Assembly: GCF_009914755.1 (NCBI RefSeq)
Contig: NC_060935.1
Length of the DNA stretch: 64,000 nt
Source of the DNA: the human T2T-CHM13v2.0 reference genome, Homo sapiens
Direction: 5' to 3' (one strand)
Notes under the pieces: model-generated
Seen by the model: the letters and a program-made list of their open reading frames with translations, nothing else
Databases searched by the model: none
Told to the model about the DNA's origin: nothing
Program-made: the position numbers and the translations under genes
In this document: positions 1 to 14,884 of the stretch, one piece after another
Position numbering within the stretch: position 1 is the first letter of the stretch
Layout: each line of letters begins with the position of its first letter

Positions 1-624
1 AAGATTGTATTCAGGTTGGAAAGGCACCCTCCAAGTACCAGTAGTATTTTCAGGGTTCTGTGGATGCTGGACAAGCCATAGCAGTGCAGGGGAATGAAAG
101 TGTGCAGCCTCTATCTTTGTAACAAGTAACAGCATTCCAGATTGTACTCATCGGCCATTACAAAGCAGTCTGGAATCTGGTGGGTGGTTCTGGTGTTCCA
201 GCTTAATTTTTTAGTAAATAAAATAACCTAGGGATTAGTTCTTATCCAGCACAGTCTGCTTGGGAGACCAGATATTTCTGAGCATCAGGGGGTCTTGGTG
301 GTGGGGAAACACAGAGGTCAAGCCCCTTGAGTCGGTGCTTTATGTAGGGCCCACCCGAAGTCCTTGCTTAGTTTACTCTGTACCTCTACTTTGCATTAAT
401 TCTTTACTCCTCAAAGGGAAAATAAGAGACCCCTCCTCTTCCTCTGCCTAGATCTCACCCCTGAATGTGGAGTGGAATTTAAATCTGGTCCTGTCTCTGC
501 TTAAATCATTTATCCACCACCTGAGTGGCAACTTGGTGTAGTAGATTTGGGTTCCAACTTTTCTGGGTCCCTAACCTGACTCTTTCAATTGCAATATTGC
601 CTTAGCAAAGTTCATTTAACTCTA

Positions 625-1532
<908 letters not shown>

Positions 1533-3497
1533 TTTGACTCTAAATTTTATCTGCAAAATAGATAGAATAACATAGGACCCTCTCCTCAAGACAGTTGCAG
1601 GGATTGCAAGATAACAATACTAAAATGCCCTGCAAAAGTGTGTTCAAAGCACACTACTTCTCTTCAGTGTGCTGGTAGATGTGAAACAACATTAATCATG
1701 TTCTCTCTTGCCATGTTGTTTATCTCAAGGAGGCAATAGATCTTATATGTGCACATTAATGCCTAGTGTCTCTACACCAGTCCCTCACTACCCATGAAAA
1801 TTAATTTTGAACCAATCAATTTTGAGTGCCTAATGTGTATTCTCAGCACAAAGATCCAAGCAAAACTGTAAAGTGCAAAAAAGAAAAATTTCATTGTTAC
1901 TTATGTACAAACAATTTACTGAGCAATTTGACCCCACATACCAAGCACTGCAGACGACCAGGGGGTGAGTAAAATGCAATCACTTTCAACCAAACAGTAC
2001 AATATTGTAGTTAAGAAATCCTCGGGCCCTGGATCCCATCCACCCTCGTTCAAATCCCAACTATCCCTTGCTGGCTATGATTTCATGTTTGGCAGGTTAC
2101 GTCATCCTTCTGAACATCAGTTTACTCATCTGTATAATGGGGGTATAATGGGGCTGATCACAATAGCCCTTGTGCCTCCCAGAATTAAATGAAATTAAAG
2201 CCCATGAAATACTCCAGCTGAGGAAGTGTCCAGCTTGGAAATTGTTCAATTGACTTTGCTGCTGGTGCTGCTGTTGTTATTATTATTATTAGCAATGCCA
2301 CTTAAGTCTAGAACAACTCAATCACAAAATAATACAGTAGAGCAGAGAAGGATAGGGAGAACAGTGAAGAGTCCAGGGGACCCTGGGAACCCCACTTGCC
2401 CTTTCCAGGTCTTTGTTACATAAAGCTAAATGGAGCGGTGAGACCCAATGATCCTTCATCGCTCACTGACTTCAAGGAGTACTCAAGAAGTAAGGGTCAC
2501 AAACAAACAACAAAAACAAAAACTACCAACGAACTCATAAAGCTTACAGTTCAGCTGGAGTCCTCCCATTCACCTTGGTTCCCTGACTGCCAAATTTTTT
2601 TCTGGAAAGCTCCAGTTGCTCCTCCCTGTGCCTTCCCCTCCTCCCCACCACCTTCCTCCTCCTGGGGAAGCAGAAGTTCCTGAGGGCCAGAGAGGAGGTC
2701 AGAGATCTCCACCGGCCTGGCCAAGAGCCACCAGGACAGCTTCCTGCCAGCAGCCTTCAGTAAGGAGCTGTCCATCTCAGGGAAACCCAAATAAAGTCAC
2801 CTCTCCACCCGAGAGCATTTTGCCCTTTAAGGAAAGATTGTATTTGGAGCCCAGAACATATTTATGGCTTCATGAAGATTTCATCCAACCTTTTACGGAC
2901 AGAGTCAGCATCAAAGGGGCCTGCCCAGGCCCATCTGCTACCACTTTCATAGGCTGACCTGGGCCTGGATCCTGAATAAATTATGAAGTCACTGAACTTT
3001 GTTTCTGATAAGCCCCTTTTCGTGCTTTCTTCCCTTTTCTACCTCCAATCCCACCCGTCTTCCACACCATGGCCAAGTACCCTTACAATCTAACCCCAAT
3101 CAGTCTTTCCAAAGATGAGGCTCCAAGTAATTATTCCAAATGACTATCTAATATAGCTTAATACATTTCCACCCTAGAAAAGTTTAAAGAAGATACATAA
3201 TAAGCATTTGTGTGTCCAGAATTTTACAGACATCTCATTTTATTCTCACAACAGCCTATAAGTAGGTACAATTGCCACCTCTACTTGGCTGACAACTGAG
3301 GCTCAGAGGTGTTTTCTAACTCATCCATAGATTCAATTGCTGGTAAGGGAAGAGCTGACAGTTCACCTGAGGTCTCTGTGAGTCCAAAGCCGTATGCATC
3401 TCACGATACCAAAATACACCAAAAGACAGAGGAATTTCTGGCATTGCCAGGTGTCTAAAGGGATCTGCAGGGAGAGACAGAAGTTTGAGAAATCTCC

Positions 3498-4229
3498 CTT
3501 AAGGAACTAAAAGTAGATCTACCATTTGATCCAGCAATCCCACTAATGCATATCTACCCAAAGGAAAAGAAGCCATTATACGAAAAAGATACTTGCACGT
3601 GAATGTTTATAGCAGCACAATTTGCAATTGCTAAAATACGGACCCAGCCCAAATGCCCATCAACCAACAAGTGAATAAAGAAAATAAAGAAATTGTGGCA
3701 TATACATATATATACGATATATACATATATACACCATATATATATATACACACCATATATATATACCATATATATACATACCATATATATATACCATATA
3801 TATACACACACCATATATATATATATATACACCATATATATAATTGTGGCATATATATATATATATACACACCATGGAATACTACTCAGTCATAAAAAGG
3901 AAAAAAATAATGGCATTCACGGCAATCTTGATGGAATTGCAGACTATTATTCTAAGTGAAGTAACTCAGGAATGGAAAAACAAACATCATATGTTCTCAC
4001 TCATAAGTGGGAGCTAAGCTATGAGGATGCAAAGCCATAAGAATGATACAATGGACTTTGGGGACTCGGGGAAAGAATGGGAAGGGGGTGAGGGATAAAA
4101 GACTACACTTTGGGTACAGTATACACTGCTCTGGTGATGGGTGCACCAAAATCTCAGAAATCACCACTAAAGGACTCATTCATGTAACCAAACACCACCT
4201 GTTCCCCCAAAAACCTATTAAAATAAAAA
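3498..4229 (+). mobile_element. L1PB-like 3' end with internal (TA/CA)n expansion at 3700-3870
   Basis: L1 3' consensus (ggaactaaaagtagatctaccatttgatccagcaatccc...aaaacctattaaaataaaa). TSD gaagttt(g/c)ag(a/g)aatctc at 3480-3496 and 4231-4247. Confidence 0.92.
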
Positions 4230-6059
4230 AGAAGTTTCAGGAATCTCTATCACACTCTGTAAGGCAGCTTCCAAAGCTTCCTTCTCCTGGAACCAGATCT
4301 GGGTCTGTGCATGACTGAGGTGTCAGGCAGGACAGCCTCACTCTAGGACACTTCTGATGGCAACAGTTAGCCACGTTTCAGCATCCAAAAAAGAGAATTC
4401 ACCGGACTTCCCAGCAATTTTAGGAAAGGAAGGCAAGAGATTTCGAGACACTAGGTAAATTTTTGACATTCCATTAGATAGATAGGTGGATAGGTAGAGA
4501 GAGAGAGAGTATGAATACAGATTGAGAGTTTTCATGCCACAAGTTTCATGTCAATTAAAAATAATCCAGTGGGACTCAGGAGCACGGCATGGTGAAACTT
4601 GCACGGATTTTACAATTAGGCAAACCCAGCTCTGAATCCTGGCATGGCCGTGTACTGATCACATGACCTTGAGCAAATTGCCTAACATTTCCTGAGCTTC
4701 AGTTACTTCTGCAAAAATGAGATGATAATACTTCCTTTTACAAAGTTATTCAAAGGATTTGGGATTGTTTATGTAAAACACCTAACAGTGTGCTGAGAGT
4801 GGCAGATGTCCACCAACCAGATACATCCCCAGGCTGAACGGAGGCCAAGAAGCACTTCACCCATTCCATCCTTATCTCTCAAAGTCCAGGGCAGTTCCAA
4901 ATAAAAGGCAGATATTTTCACCAACCAAAGCAGCTGCTCTGGCTTTCCCGGAACAGGCCTCTGCCTCAGAGCCCTTCATTGACCACCCATGTTTCCATGG
5001 TTGAACGTTTACAGGAGAACATTCAGCCTCCCCTTGTGGTTCTGGAGCCCTTAAATCCCCCTCCAGCCTCACCTCCTGTCATTCCCCTCTCCCACTCACA
5101 CACCTCCAGCCAGACACTCAGTGCACCATTCACCAGACACAGTATTCCGTGGCTTTGATCACACAGTTCCCATTTCCTGAAGTGTCCTCCTAGCCCTCCA
5201 CCTAAAGAACTCCCTGTCATCATTAGGAGCCCAACCTAAATCCATCAAGCGGAATTAACCGCTACCTTCTCTGTGATCCCATCACACTTTACAATGAATG
5301 GAGAAGAGGAGGGGTGGGGGCAAGGTGCACAACTTGCTAAGTGCCCACTATGCGCCACTAGCAACTCCACAGACTCTAACCACCACATGAGTTAAGCCTT
5401 ATTATCCCCACTTTGCAGATAGGAAAACTAGTTCACAGAGCCCAGCGTATGATCCTGAGGTCAAAAGGCTCCAAGGCCCCTTTCCCCTACTTACTATACT
5501 CCATGGACACATGGACATGGTCCTGTCTGTCTCCCACACTAGACTGAGTTTTCTGTAAACAGAGTTCATATTTTCATCATCTCTGAAACCTCACGGCCCC
5601 CTCGGCTCAGGCTCAAGCCCAGTCCCTGACACCTAGCAAGCCCCACTAACATTCAGCATGCATAGGGAGCTGCTGGGTCATCTGTCTATTTATTATAGAG
5701 ACTGGATGGAAAGAATTCTGGATCACTGAGGAAGAGCATTTCCAGGTTGAATGTCTCAGCTTTCTTCATGGACACCAGTTCGCTGGTGGGAGGCTTTAAC
5801 CTTGACAACCATCCACTTTCGGGGGCTTGAAGAAAGATTTCCTGTATATATTTTAACTGCATTCATTTTAAAGGGAACTCTAAATTTTTAATACAAAAAG
5901 CCCAAGTGTACTGTGATCTCTGAGCTGGCTATCACACTTCGTAAAGATAGGCCATGGGACCAGGAAGGACCGCACCTCAGCCAGGACTGCGCAACTTGGG
6001 GCAGCTTTCCCAAATTCTAGGAACCAAGGTCCAAGGAAACCAACAACCTTGTGGCCAAC

Positions 6060-6570
6060 CTTTGCACATCTGTGGCACACAAGGTTTTTTTAAGCAGACT
6101 CACTATGTTTGAGGATCTTCCCACAATCTGAGCACCACTTTCCAAGTTAGAAGCTAGAATTCACTTTCCCAGATTCCTTTGCCACTAATGCTAGCATTGA
6201 CCTGGGCTCCACCATTCACCAAGTGTGAAAATTCACTTTGAAAGAAAACCACCTGAGGATCCAGAAGCTGCATGAAGCCGATTTTCTGTCTAAGGAGGGA
6301 AAGTAGCAGAGAATCTTCAAGGTCTCAGAGACAGCTGCAGTGAGAGTTCTGGAGATCCAGTCCCAGACAGAACTTCACGGTGCAAGCAGAGAAGTCCCTA
6401 CTAGAGACAGATAATTCTCGGATGATTCCTTCCTGCAGCCCAATGCTCCAGAGATTCTGTGAGCTCCCTGAGTTCCTTTATCAAATTCATTTTCTGCATA
6501 AATAGCTGAGAGGGGTACTGTTTACATCTTGTATTGTAAAGAGGGGTATTGTTTACATCTAAGATCCCCG
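6060..6570. mobile_element. Degraded LTR-class relic (MLT1/LTR16-like)
   Basis: Diverged LTR-like motifs (ttcccagattcctttgcc, tctgtgagctccctg, caaattcattttctgcat); family uncertain. Confidence 0.4.
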
Positions 6571-7439
6571 AAGGATGCAAACCTCATGCCTGCCAGCCTA
6601 ACAAAATCAAACCTCATCGGACTGAATAGACCTCACAGCAATATCTGACTCCCCACCTAAACTGGGATCTCATGTGCCTGGAACATGCTGAGTAGAAAAT
6701 AAATATGTGCTGAAATACAATGAAGAAAAGCCACAAGACTCCTTGTTCACAGGTTGAATCTTGGACTCTGAGACCCTGCACCGAAGAAGGAAAAGGACAG
6801 TTCCCATCCCATATGCTAAATAAGTCTCTGCAGTGCAGTGGGCTGTCTTTGTGACTCACAAGCTGGTTCTGAAAATCTTCTTTCGGAAGGAGTTTCCAGA
6901 AATGGTTGGAACAATGGCAGCATCACTAGAAAGAAGTCTCTCACCTCCCACAGAAGCAACTTTGAGGGACAACATATTTTTGAATTTGCAATTTTGGAGT
7001 GTTTGCTAAAACATCACTTCCATTATAGGGTGTCACAGAAAGCACTGAGTCTCAGGAGAGCAGAGTTTAGTTCCAGTTCTGCCCCCAACCTACAGTGTGT
7101 CTGAATTATTTCCTCCTTCTTTGGGCCTCAGTTTCCCTGTCTGTAAAATGAGAAGGTTGATCTTTGCTCCCCATTGCCTCTTTCAGGCTCTTTCTCCTTC
7201 AAAAAGCTGATTCCTTTGACACCTATGCCATTCAACCAGGGTGTCCAGGCACAGCTGTACAGGTTATACAAGTAGGTTGCATCCTGGCCAAGGAAGCCCA
7301 CCTGAGAGGTAAGTAGAATCCAGCCCACATCCCCACAGGCGTCACCCTTGGGTGGGCCCGCTTCCACTGGAGAAAGACTACTTTTTCCTAATTTGTACAA
7401 AGGCATCATATGAGCTAGCCAAGGCCCCAATTTCAGCTA

Positions 7440-10178
7440 TTTTATACCCTTGCCCTCCTCCTTACTGGGGTCATTCTACTCACCTCTTAATCATCCTTCC
7501 TCCTTCACTGAAGACTTTAGGTCCTGGTTACAATCATGTTCACTGCCCTCTTCCTACAATAATTCTCAAAACTTCAATATCTGTATGTGCAACTCAACGA
7601 GCCACTTGGTCTTGTTCTTTGATGTTTTCTACCCCACCAACCTTTGTCCTCACTCCATTGCAGCCACCCACTCAACAGCCACACCATAGACCATGACATG
7701 GCCAGAAATCTCTATTTCCAAATCCTTCTATTTGGCCTTCATTTCCAGTAATTCTAGCTCATTTGCTCTGGTACCCTTCATCCCCACACTTCTGGCCCCT
7801 TATCTTGACCACTAACCCATTGATCTCACCACACACCCACCCTCCAGCAGCCACTTCCTGCCTTTGTTTCCTTCCTTACATAAATTAGATTCCATTGTCC
7901 TTCTTTATAATTACTCTCACAAACAATCCCAACGCCCTGGAGCCTCTCTCCTCTGTCACAATCCCTTTGCAAAACTCCAACATGTGCTTATTACCTTCTC
8001 TGTGCCTTTGCTGCAGCATCTAAATGTTGCCAGAGAACTTCACACAACCTGGCTAAGTGATTTCACTTTAAATTCATGGACACAAATCTCAAGTGGAAAA
8101 TTGGAGCTGGAAGCTTCCCTAGGAATTTTTGTTTTTTCGTTGCCCAAGATAACATTTTATCCCCCTAAAACTTTCTAGACCCCTTTCCCTACCCCATGCT
8201 CAGCAGATGATCTCATTTTACAATTCACTTAGAAATGGGAGGTTACAAAGCCAGGACTTCCTGATCTTCCCACCACCAAACTCTACCAACTTATCTGCTT
8301 CTTAATCCATCCTCTCCTACGTCCTTTCTAGTGCACTGAATAAAATGTCCTCTCTTCCTAGGAAAGGCTGACCCTCCCACATGTGCTCCTGCCTGCATCC
8401 CTTCTGTCTTTCTTGAAGGCTTTTCTCCTCCAGTCATCTCTTCTCCACAAAAGCATCAGTCTCTTCATGGCTCATTCTTGCCCTCACCCTCACTTATAGT
8501 TTTGGTCTTTCTTAGATTGTTACTAGCACACAAACATGCCCTTGTATCTTTAATTTTTTAAAGCCCTTCTCTAGCTATTGCCCATTTCTCTCCTTACCTT
8601 CCCAGCAAAACTGTTATTGTTTTGGGGTGTTTGTTTGTTTGTTTGTTTGTTTGTTTGAAACAGAAACTGGCTGTGTTTCCCAGGCTGGAGTGTAGTGACA
8701 CAATCTTGGCTCACTGCAATTTCCACCTCCCAGGTCCAAGCTATTCTCCTGCCTCAGCCTCCTGAGTAGCTGGGATTACAGGTGCACACCACCACACCCA
8801 CCTAATTTTTGTATTTTTAGTAGAGATGGGGTTTCACCATGTTGGCCAGGCTGGTTTCAAACTCCTGACCTCAAGTGATCTGTCTACCTTGGCCTCCCAA
8901 AGTGGCAAAACTGTTGAAAAGAGTTGTTTTCACAAGCATTCTCCAATCCTCCTATCCACTCGTCAGCTCTCTGCAGTCTGTCTTCTACTGTCTGTCTTCT
9001 ACAAACACAACCTGTAGTCTATCTTCTATGAACACAATTCACTGTAACCCCTGACCCATGTCACCAAAGACCTCTGTGTCACCAAATCCAGTGGATCGTT
9101 TTCTGGTTTCCTCTTATCTGACCTCTCTGTAGGATTCTTCACAGTTCCATCTCTATGATGTTCAGATTTTTATCATCAGTCCAGACCTCTCTTCCATTAC
9201 ATATCAAACTGCCTTCTCAACATCCGCACTTGAATGTCTTATTAACATCTCAGGAATGATATGGTGATGTAGCCAAAACCTAAGCTATTCTTTCTCCAGC
9301 CTTCCCTATCTCACTAATTGGTATCACCCTCTTCCCAGTTGCTCAAGTCAGAAAGTTTGGATAATTCCTTCTTTCTCACCCCCTCATCCACCCACTCACT
9401 CAAACCCAGGCGATCAGAAGTCCTATTCATTCTGCATCAAAAATATAGCTCAAACCTGCCTCTCTTCTCAGTTGCTGTGGATACCACCCTAATGTGACCC
9501 ACCAACATCCCTCATCTTGGCCTCTGAAGTAGCTTCCTAACCGGTCTCTCTGCTTTCCCTCCTACTCCCCTTCAACTCATTCCCTATGCAACAGCTTGAG
9601 GAACAATTTTAAATGCAAATTAGATTGTATCATTTTTCTGATGATTTCTCATTGCATTTAATAAAGTCACACTTCTTACCACAGCCTTCAAGGTCCTACA
9701 TGACCTGGCCCCTTTTTGGCTCTCTTTGTCTCAGGCCACCCCCTGCCTGGCTTCCTGGGACTAGCCTTCCAGTTGCCCTGACAACCTTCCCAGAACCTAC
9801 TGTGATCTTTCTTGCTTCACAGTCTCTGCATTTGCTGTTTTCTGCATCTGGGACTCTCTGAGCCTCCGTTGCACAGGGCAGGCTCATTCTTATTCTTCAG
9901 ATGTCAACGGAAAGGTCAGCTTCCAAGATGGCCTTCCCCAAGCACCTTTTCTGAAGTTGTACTTAATATTATTTTCCACTTCAGATGTTATTTCCTTCAT
10001 AGTATGTTCCATAACTGGCCATTTCATAAAATGGCCAGTTTATGTATCTGTGTATTTTCTATCTTTCCCTACAGAAATGCTAAGCTAGACAAGGTCTATC
10101 TCATCACTATAATCCTAGTGGCTAGCTGAGTGAGTGGCACACAGTAAATGTTCAACAAGTATTTGATGAATGAATGAG
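7440..10178 (+). mobile_element. Long L2 (L2a-like) remnant interrupted by an Alu
   Basis: Pyrimidine-rich L2 3' sequence ending gcacacagtaaatgttcaacaagtatttgatgaatgaatga. Confidence 0.8.
8615..8904 (-). mobile_element. Alu, slightly 5'-truncated, (GTTT)n tail
   Basis: Alu consensus; TSD gcaaaactgtt on both sides. Confidence 0.93.
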
Positions 10179-11269
10179 TCATCATGATTTGTCCCCAGTC
10201 TAATCCTTCCTCCTTTATTCCACATTCCTTTGTATGTATACCCAACACACAAGCTAGTCAACTTGCTCCTCAGACCTCCTATGCTCTTCCTTACCCTCTT
10301 TCACACTGTCTCCTCAGGCTGGATGCCTCCTACCACCCCCATTCCACATTCAAGTCACCAAAATCCTAGTTATCCTTTCAGGCCCATCTTCAACTCTAAT
10401 GCCTGAGATTCCACCATTAGCCATTCTTAGAATTATAGAATGTCAGCCCTTATAGATGGTGGATCAAAATTACATTTATCATTTCAATTGCCCAGAGTGC
10501 TGCATGGAGAGGGATTATGAGTTTTGGCACCACAATCATACCAGAAAGGCCATCCATAACAATAGGAAGGTTATGACTGTCCCAATCTTTTTCAAGCTCC
10601 TCATGATACAGATGGGAAAACTGAGGTTGAGGCAGGTGGCATGACTTCCCAGGGAACACACTAAGTAGGAGACGGTGATGGGAACAGAGTTTCCATCTCT
10701 ACATCACCAGTGTGGAATTATATCAGGCTACCTTTTCTACATCCCAGTCTGAGAAGCTGAGGCTCACATAGACTTGAAAGGTGATTGAGATTGTGAATTT
10801 TTAATTTAATATATATATATATATGCAAGATATTATTTTTATCTTTCTTTTTCAACAAAGTTCTGACCAGATTAATTTCATATGCAAACTTCTGTCAATT
10901 TTTTCTAGTTTTGTTTTGATACTACCAAGATAAAAATATTTTAAATACAAGATTAATTACCAACCACCACATTCCTGGAATTGTGCACTCTCTTCTTCCT
11001 TGCACCCTTGCAAAGATCCTCCAAGACTTCTGTAGTGGAAAGGAGCTTCTCAAGTCACTTTTCTTTGTAACAGGAGTGGCAAACAGGAGAATGGGAGGAA
11101 ATTAAAACCTATAGATTACTTCTTATGTGCTGGAGACTGTGAGAGTTCCTTGCAAACATTACCTCAGGTAACCTTCAAAATAGTTCTCTGAGGAAATTGC
11201 TTTTAAAGCTATTTTATTTTGACAGATGAGAAAACAGCCTATTAATGGGTGTTATGCCCCTAGATCTTT

Positions 11270-11435
11270 GCTCCCCTGAATGTAGTCTATGAACTAATAG
11301 CATCCACCATTGTTGGAGGGCTTTAAGAAACAAGATACTAAGGACACCCTCTAGATCTGTTGAATCCAAATCTGTATTTTAACATCTCCTAATGATTCTT
11401 CTGCACACACAAGTTTAGGAAGCAATGGTCTAGAT
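11270..11435. mobile_element. MER5A-like hAT DNA transposon
   Basis: aatctgtattttaaca...tgattcttctgcacacacaagtttaggaagcaatggtcta matches the MER5A terminus. Confidence 0.6.
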
Positions 11436-11485
11436 AATACAACCAAATAACAGATGAATTAGGATTCTAATTAGGTCTGTCTGAG

Positions 11486-12584
11486 GACTAATTCCCAGAA
11501 TCTACAACAAACTCAAACAAGCTAGCAAGAAAAAAACAAACAATCTCATCAAAAAGTGGGCTAAGGACATGAATAGACAATTCTCCAAAGAAGATATACA
11601 AATGGCCAACAAACATATGAAAAAAATGCTCAACATCACTAATGATGAGGGAAATGCAAATCAAAACCCCAATGCAATACCACCTTACTCCTGCAAGAAT
11701 GGCCACAATCAAAAAATAAAAAATAATAGCTGTTGGCATGGATGCAGTGAAAAGGGAACACTTCTACACTGCTGGTGGGAATGTAAACTAGTACAACCAC
11801 TATGGAAAACGGTGTGTAGATTCCTCAAAGAACTAAAAGTAGAACTACCATTTGATCCTGATAGCCCACTACTGGGTATCTACCCAGAGGAAAATAAGTC
11901 ATCGTATGACAAGGATACTTGCACACACAAGTTTTTAGCAGCACAATTCACAATTGCAAAAATGTGGAACCAACCCAAATGCCCATCAATCAAGGAGTGG
12001 ATAAAGAAACTGTGATATATATACATATATATGTATACACATATACATGTATATACGTATATACACGTATACGTGTATATATACATATACACATACACAT
12101 ATGTATATACACATATACACATACACATATGTATATACACATATACATATATACGTGGGTGTATACATACACATATATATACATATATATATAAAACATA
12201 TATACATATATATACACACACAATGGAACACTACTCAGCCATAAAAAAAGAATGAATTAATGGCATTTGCAGCAATCTGGATGGGATCGCAGACTATTAT
12301 TCTAAGTGAAGTAACTCAGGAATGGAAAACCAAACGATGTATGTTCTCACTTATAAGTGGGAAATAAACTATTCGGATACAAAGGCATAAGAACGACACA
12401 ACAGACTTTGGGAACTCAGAGGGAAAGGGTGGGAAGGGGGTGAGGGATAAAAGACTACAAATCAAGTTCAGTGTATACTGCCTGGGTGGTGGGTGCACCA
12501 AAATCTCACAAATTACCACTAAAGAACTTACTCGTTTAACCAAATATCACCTGTTCCCCAAAAACCTATGGAAATAAATAAATA
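11486..12584 (+). mobile_element. L1PB-like 3' 1.1 kb including the ORF2 C-terminal remnant and a (TACA/TA)n expansion at 12014-12220
   Basis: [19 protein letters not shown] and [17 protein letters not shown]2p motifs; TSD aattaggtctg(t/c)ctga at both ends. Confidence 0.95.
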
Positions 12585-13366
12585 AATTAGGTCTGCCTGA
12601 CTGTACCCTTAACAGAATGGACACCCAAGACACAAACATCGTGGTTTTAAAGGAGACAGGTTAAGTCATCACTGGTATAAGTTGTACACATCAGCAGCAC
12701 ATCTGATTACCTGTCTAGTCCTATGACCATCCCTTCCAAAGCTGTCTACAATGTAGAAAGGAGGAAACCTGGTGATGTGGAAAGTAAACAGGCCTGAAAA
12801 TCAAGAGAACCAAACCAGCCAAATCAACCACTACTTAGCAATGGCCCAGTGTCCCAGGGCCCCATTTTCTTTACCAGTGAAGTGGGACTGGAGGGACAAT
12901 TCTGTGCAGCTCAATTATGTGGCATTCCTCACATCAGCCCACTGAGCTGCTCCTGAAACCATCAGAGTAGAAATCACTTCCTTCTCCAACCTGTAATGTC
13001 TATCTTTAGTCAATTCCTTTGGTAATTGCTGTGTTGCTTTTTCCAAACATAAAAATAGCTTATTATCTGCACAGCAAATAACCATCACCTTGCAGGGGTC
13101 CTGACAGTGCCCCAGTACAGAGCTTGCAACCAGCTGAATGCTAAGAATCTCAAGGGCTTCCAGGTCTCATCCCGGAAGCCAACTAACCACCATATTGGTG
13201 TATCTATTTTCCTAAGGGCAAGGGCTGCATCCATTATCTTCATTCCTGGCACGTTGCAGTGACAGTCCTCAGACTCTGGGTCACTGGCTGGCCCTGCTAC
13301 CAAAGTTTTTTTTCTGCTAAAGAGACCAGACCCGGTCCACGTAGAGTAAAGCCTGGGTCCCTCTCT

Positions 13367-13455
13367 CTCTTTCTATTTTTTTGAGACTGAGTCTCACTGT
13401 GTCGCACAAGCTGGAGTGCAATCGCACAATCTCGGTTCACTGCAATCTCTGCCTC
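13367..13455 (-). mobile_element. Severely 5'-truncated Alu (about 90 bp of the right arm)
   Basis: Alu 3' sequence flanked by a 15-bp TSD cctgggtccctctct (13352-13366 and 13456-13470). Confidence 0.85.
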
Positions 13456-14884
13456 CCTGGGTCCCTCTCTTATCATCAGAGGCTGCTTCATCCCTATCAT
13501 ACAGGAAGACCTAGTGACCTTAGGGACATATTCCAGACCCAGAAGAAAGACTGCCAAATCTTCCTCGATGCCCTTAAACATGGCCCAGATTTTCTCAGGG
13601 AACGGAAGAGAAGTTTTCCTTGAGTATTTTTATACAGGGGGAAATCCAAGATCTTATTTTCTATTCAATCGGTACATCCCCCACCCTCACCACAAAAGTC
13701 CTTCCTCCATGAACAGTGGATGTCCAGACATGGATTCCCAGAAACTGTTTGACTCAGTGTCGGCTCCACTTGGCTCATCCATAACTTCCCCAGGAAGCCA
13801 ACCAGCTTTGCAAACCATCATCCATCCAAAGAGACCTGAAGACCTAGTTTCCAGTATGAACACTGAACTGGTTGCCACAATGCCATAATTTGAGAAATTC
13901 TGCTGAGAAGATCAGAAGAGCCCCTGTACCATGGTCCAGCCAGTCCTTTTTTCTGTCACTGGGTCCCCAGAGGGCAGCCCTTAGGAGCCAGAACATTTGG
14001 TTTAATTGGGTCAGGGGTTAATAATCTTAGTACTTATCAATCCCAGTGTGTCTCTTGTAGCACCAGTCCTAACTTCATCTTTCTGGGCTATTTTAAAAGC
14101 AATCAACTTGTTTGCTGTAAGCAAAAACCAGCTTTTCTCACCTTTTCTCCTGCACTTTCTCTATTCAGTTGTTCGATTATTTAAGCAAACATCCTTTAAG
14201 CATCTGCCACATTCCAGGCACTGGGAACAAAAAAGATGCATAAACGTAGCCCTAGTCTAGAGGATCTGCCCAGAGAGCAGAAGAGATGAGAAGGAATGCA
14301 GAGCCCAGAGAGAGTGGCCAGATCTGGGCTTTTCTAGAGACCTGTTCCCTGTGCGCAGGGGACAAGGGGCTGGGAGTACTAGGGTGCTGGCCAAGTGGGG
14401 TGCTTCAAGTAGGTTTGGGGAATCCATTTCTGATTATCCACTGTCCATGTAAGAAGCTGCCTCAAGTAGCAAGAGATGTGCCATATAACTAAATAATAAA
14501 GTACAGAACAATATTCGGGGAGATGCTCACTGAGCACAAATAGTCCTTTGTCTCATGTCCTCAGGTTTCTAGTTATTTAGGCAAGAAAATGCACCCTAAG
14601 GTGGCTTTGGAAGTAGGAGAATGTCAGACATTTATACCCCTGTGGAATTGAACGTGGGCCTGTGCATTGAGCCAGCACACTAGCCCTGTCTTGGGACCCC
14701 TCTGTGGTGCAGACCAGAATATGGGTGTTTGTCCCCACTGCATCCTGTACTTCCTCCGCAATATGCTTACTGCACTTTATTATTGATTGTTAAACTCCAA
14801 AAGAGCAGGAATCACATGTATATCTTGTATTGCTTCATCTCATCACCAAGCATGTGCCTGATATATGGACATAGAAAGATATTT

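Noticed and set aside
3554-3959. Tyr/Ile-rich ORFs (also 11880-12255)
   Set aside because: Translations of TA-rich microsatellites inside L1 elements.
11569-12015. 148-aa ORF with L1 ORF2p motifs
   Set aside because: Frameshifted C-terminal remnant of a 5'-truncated L1, not a gene.
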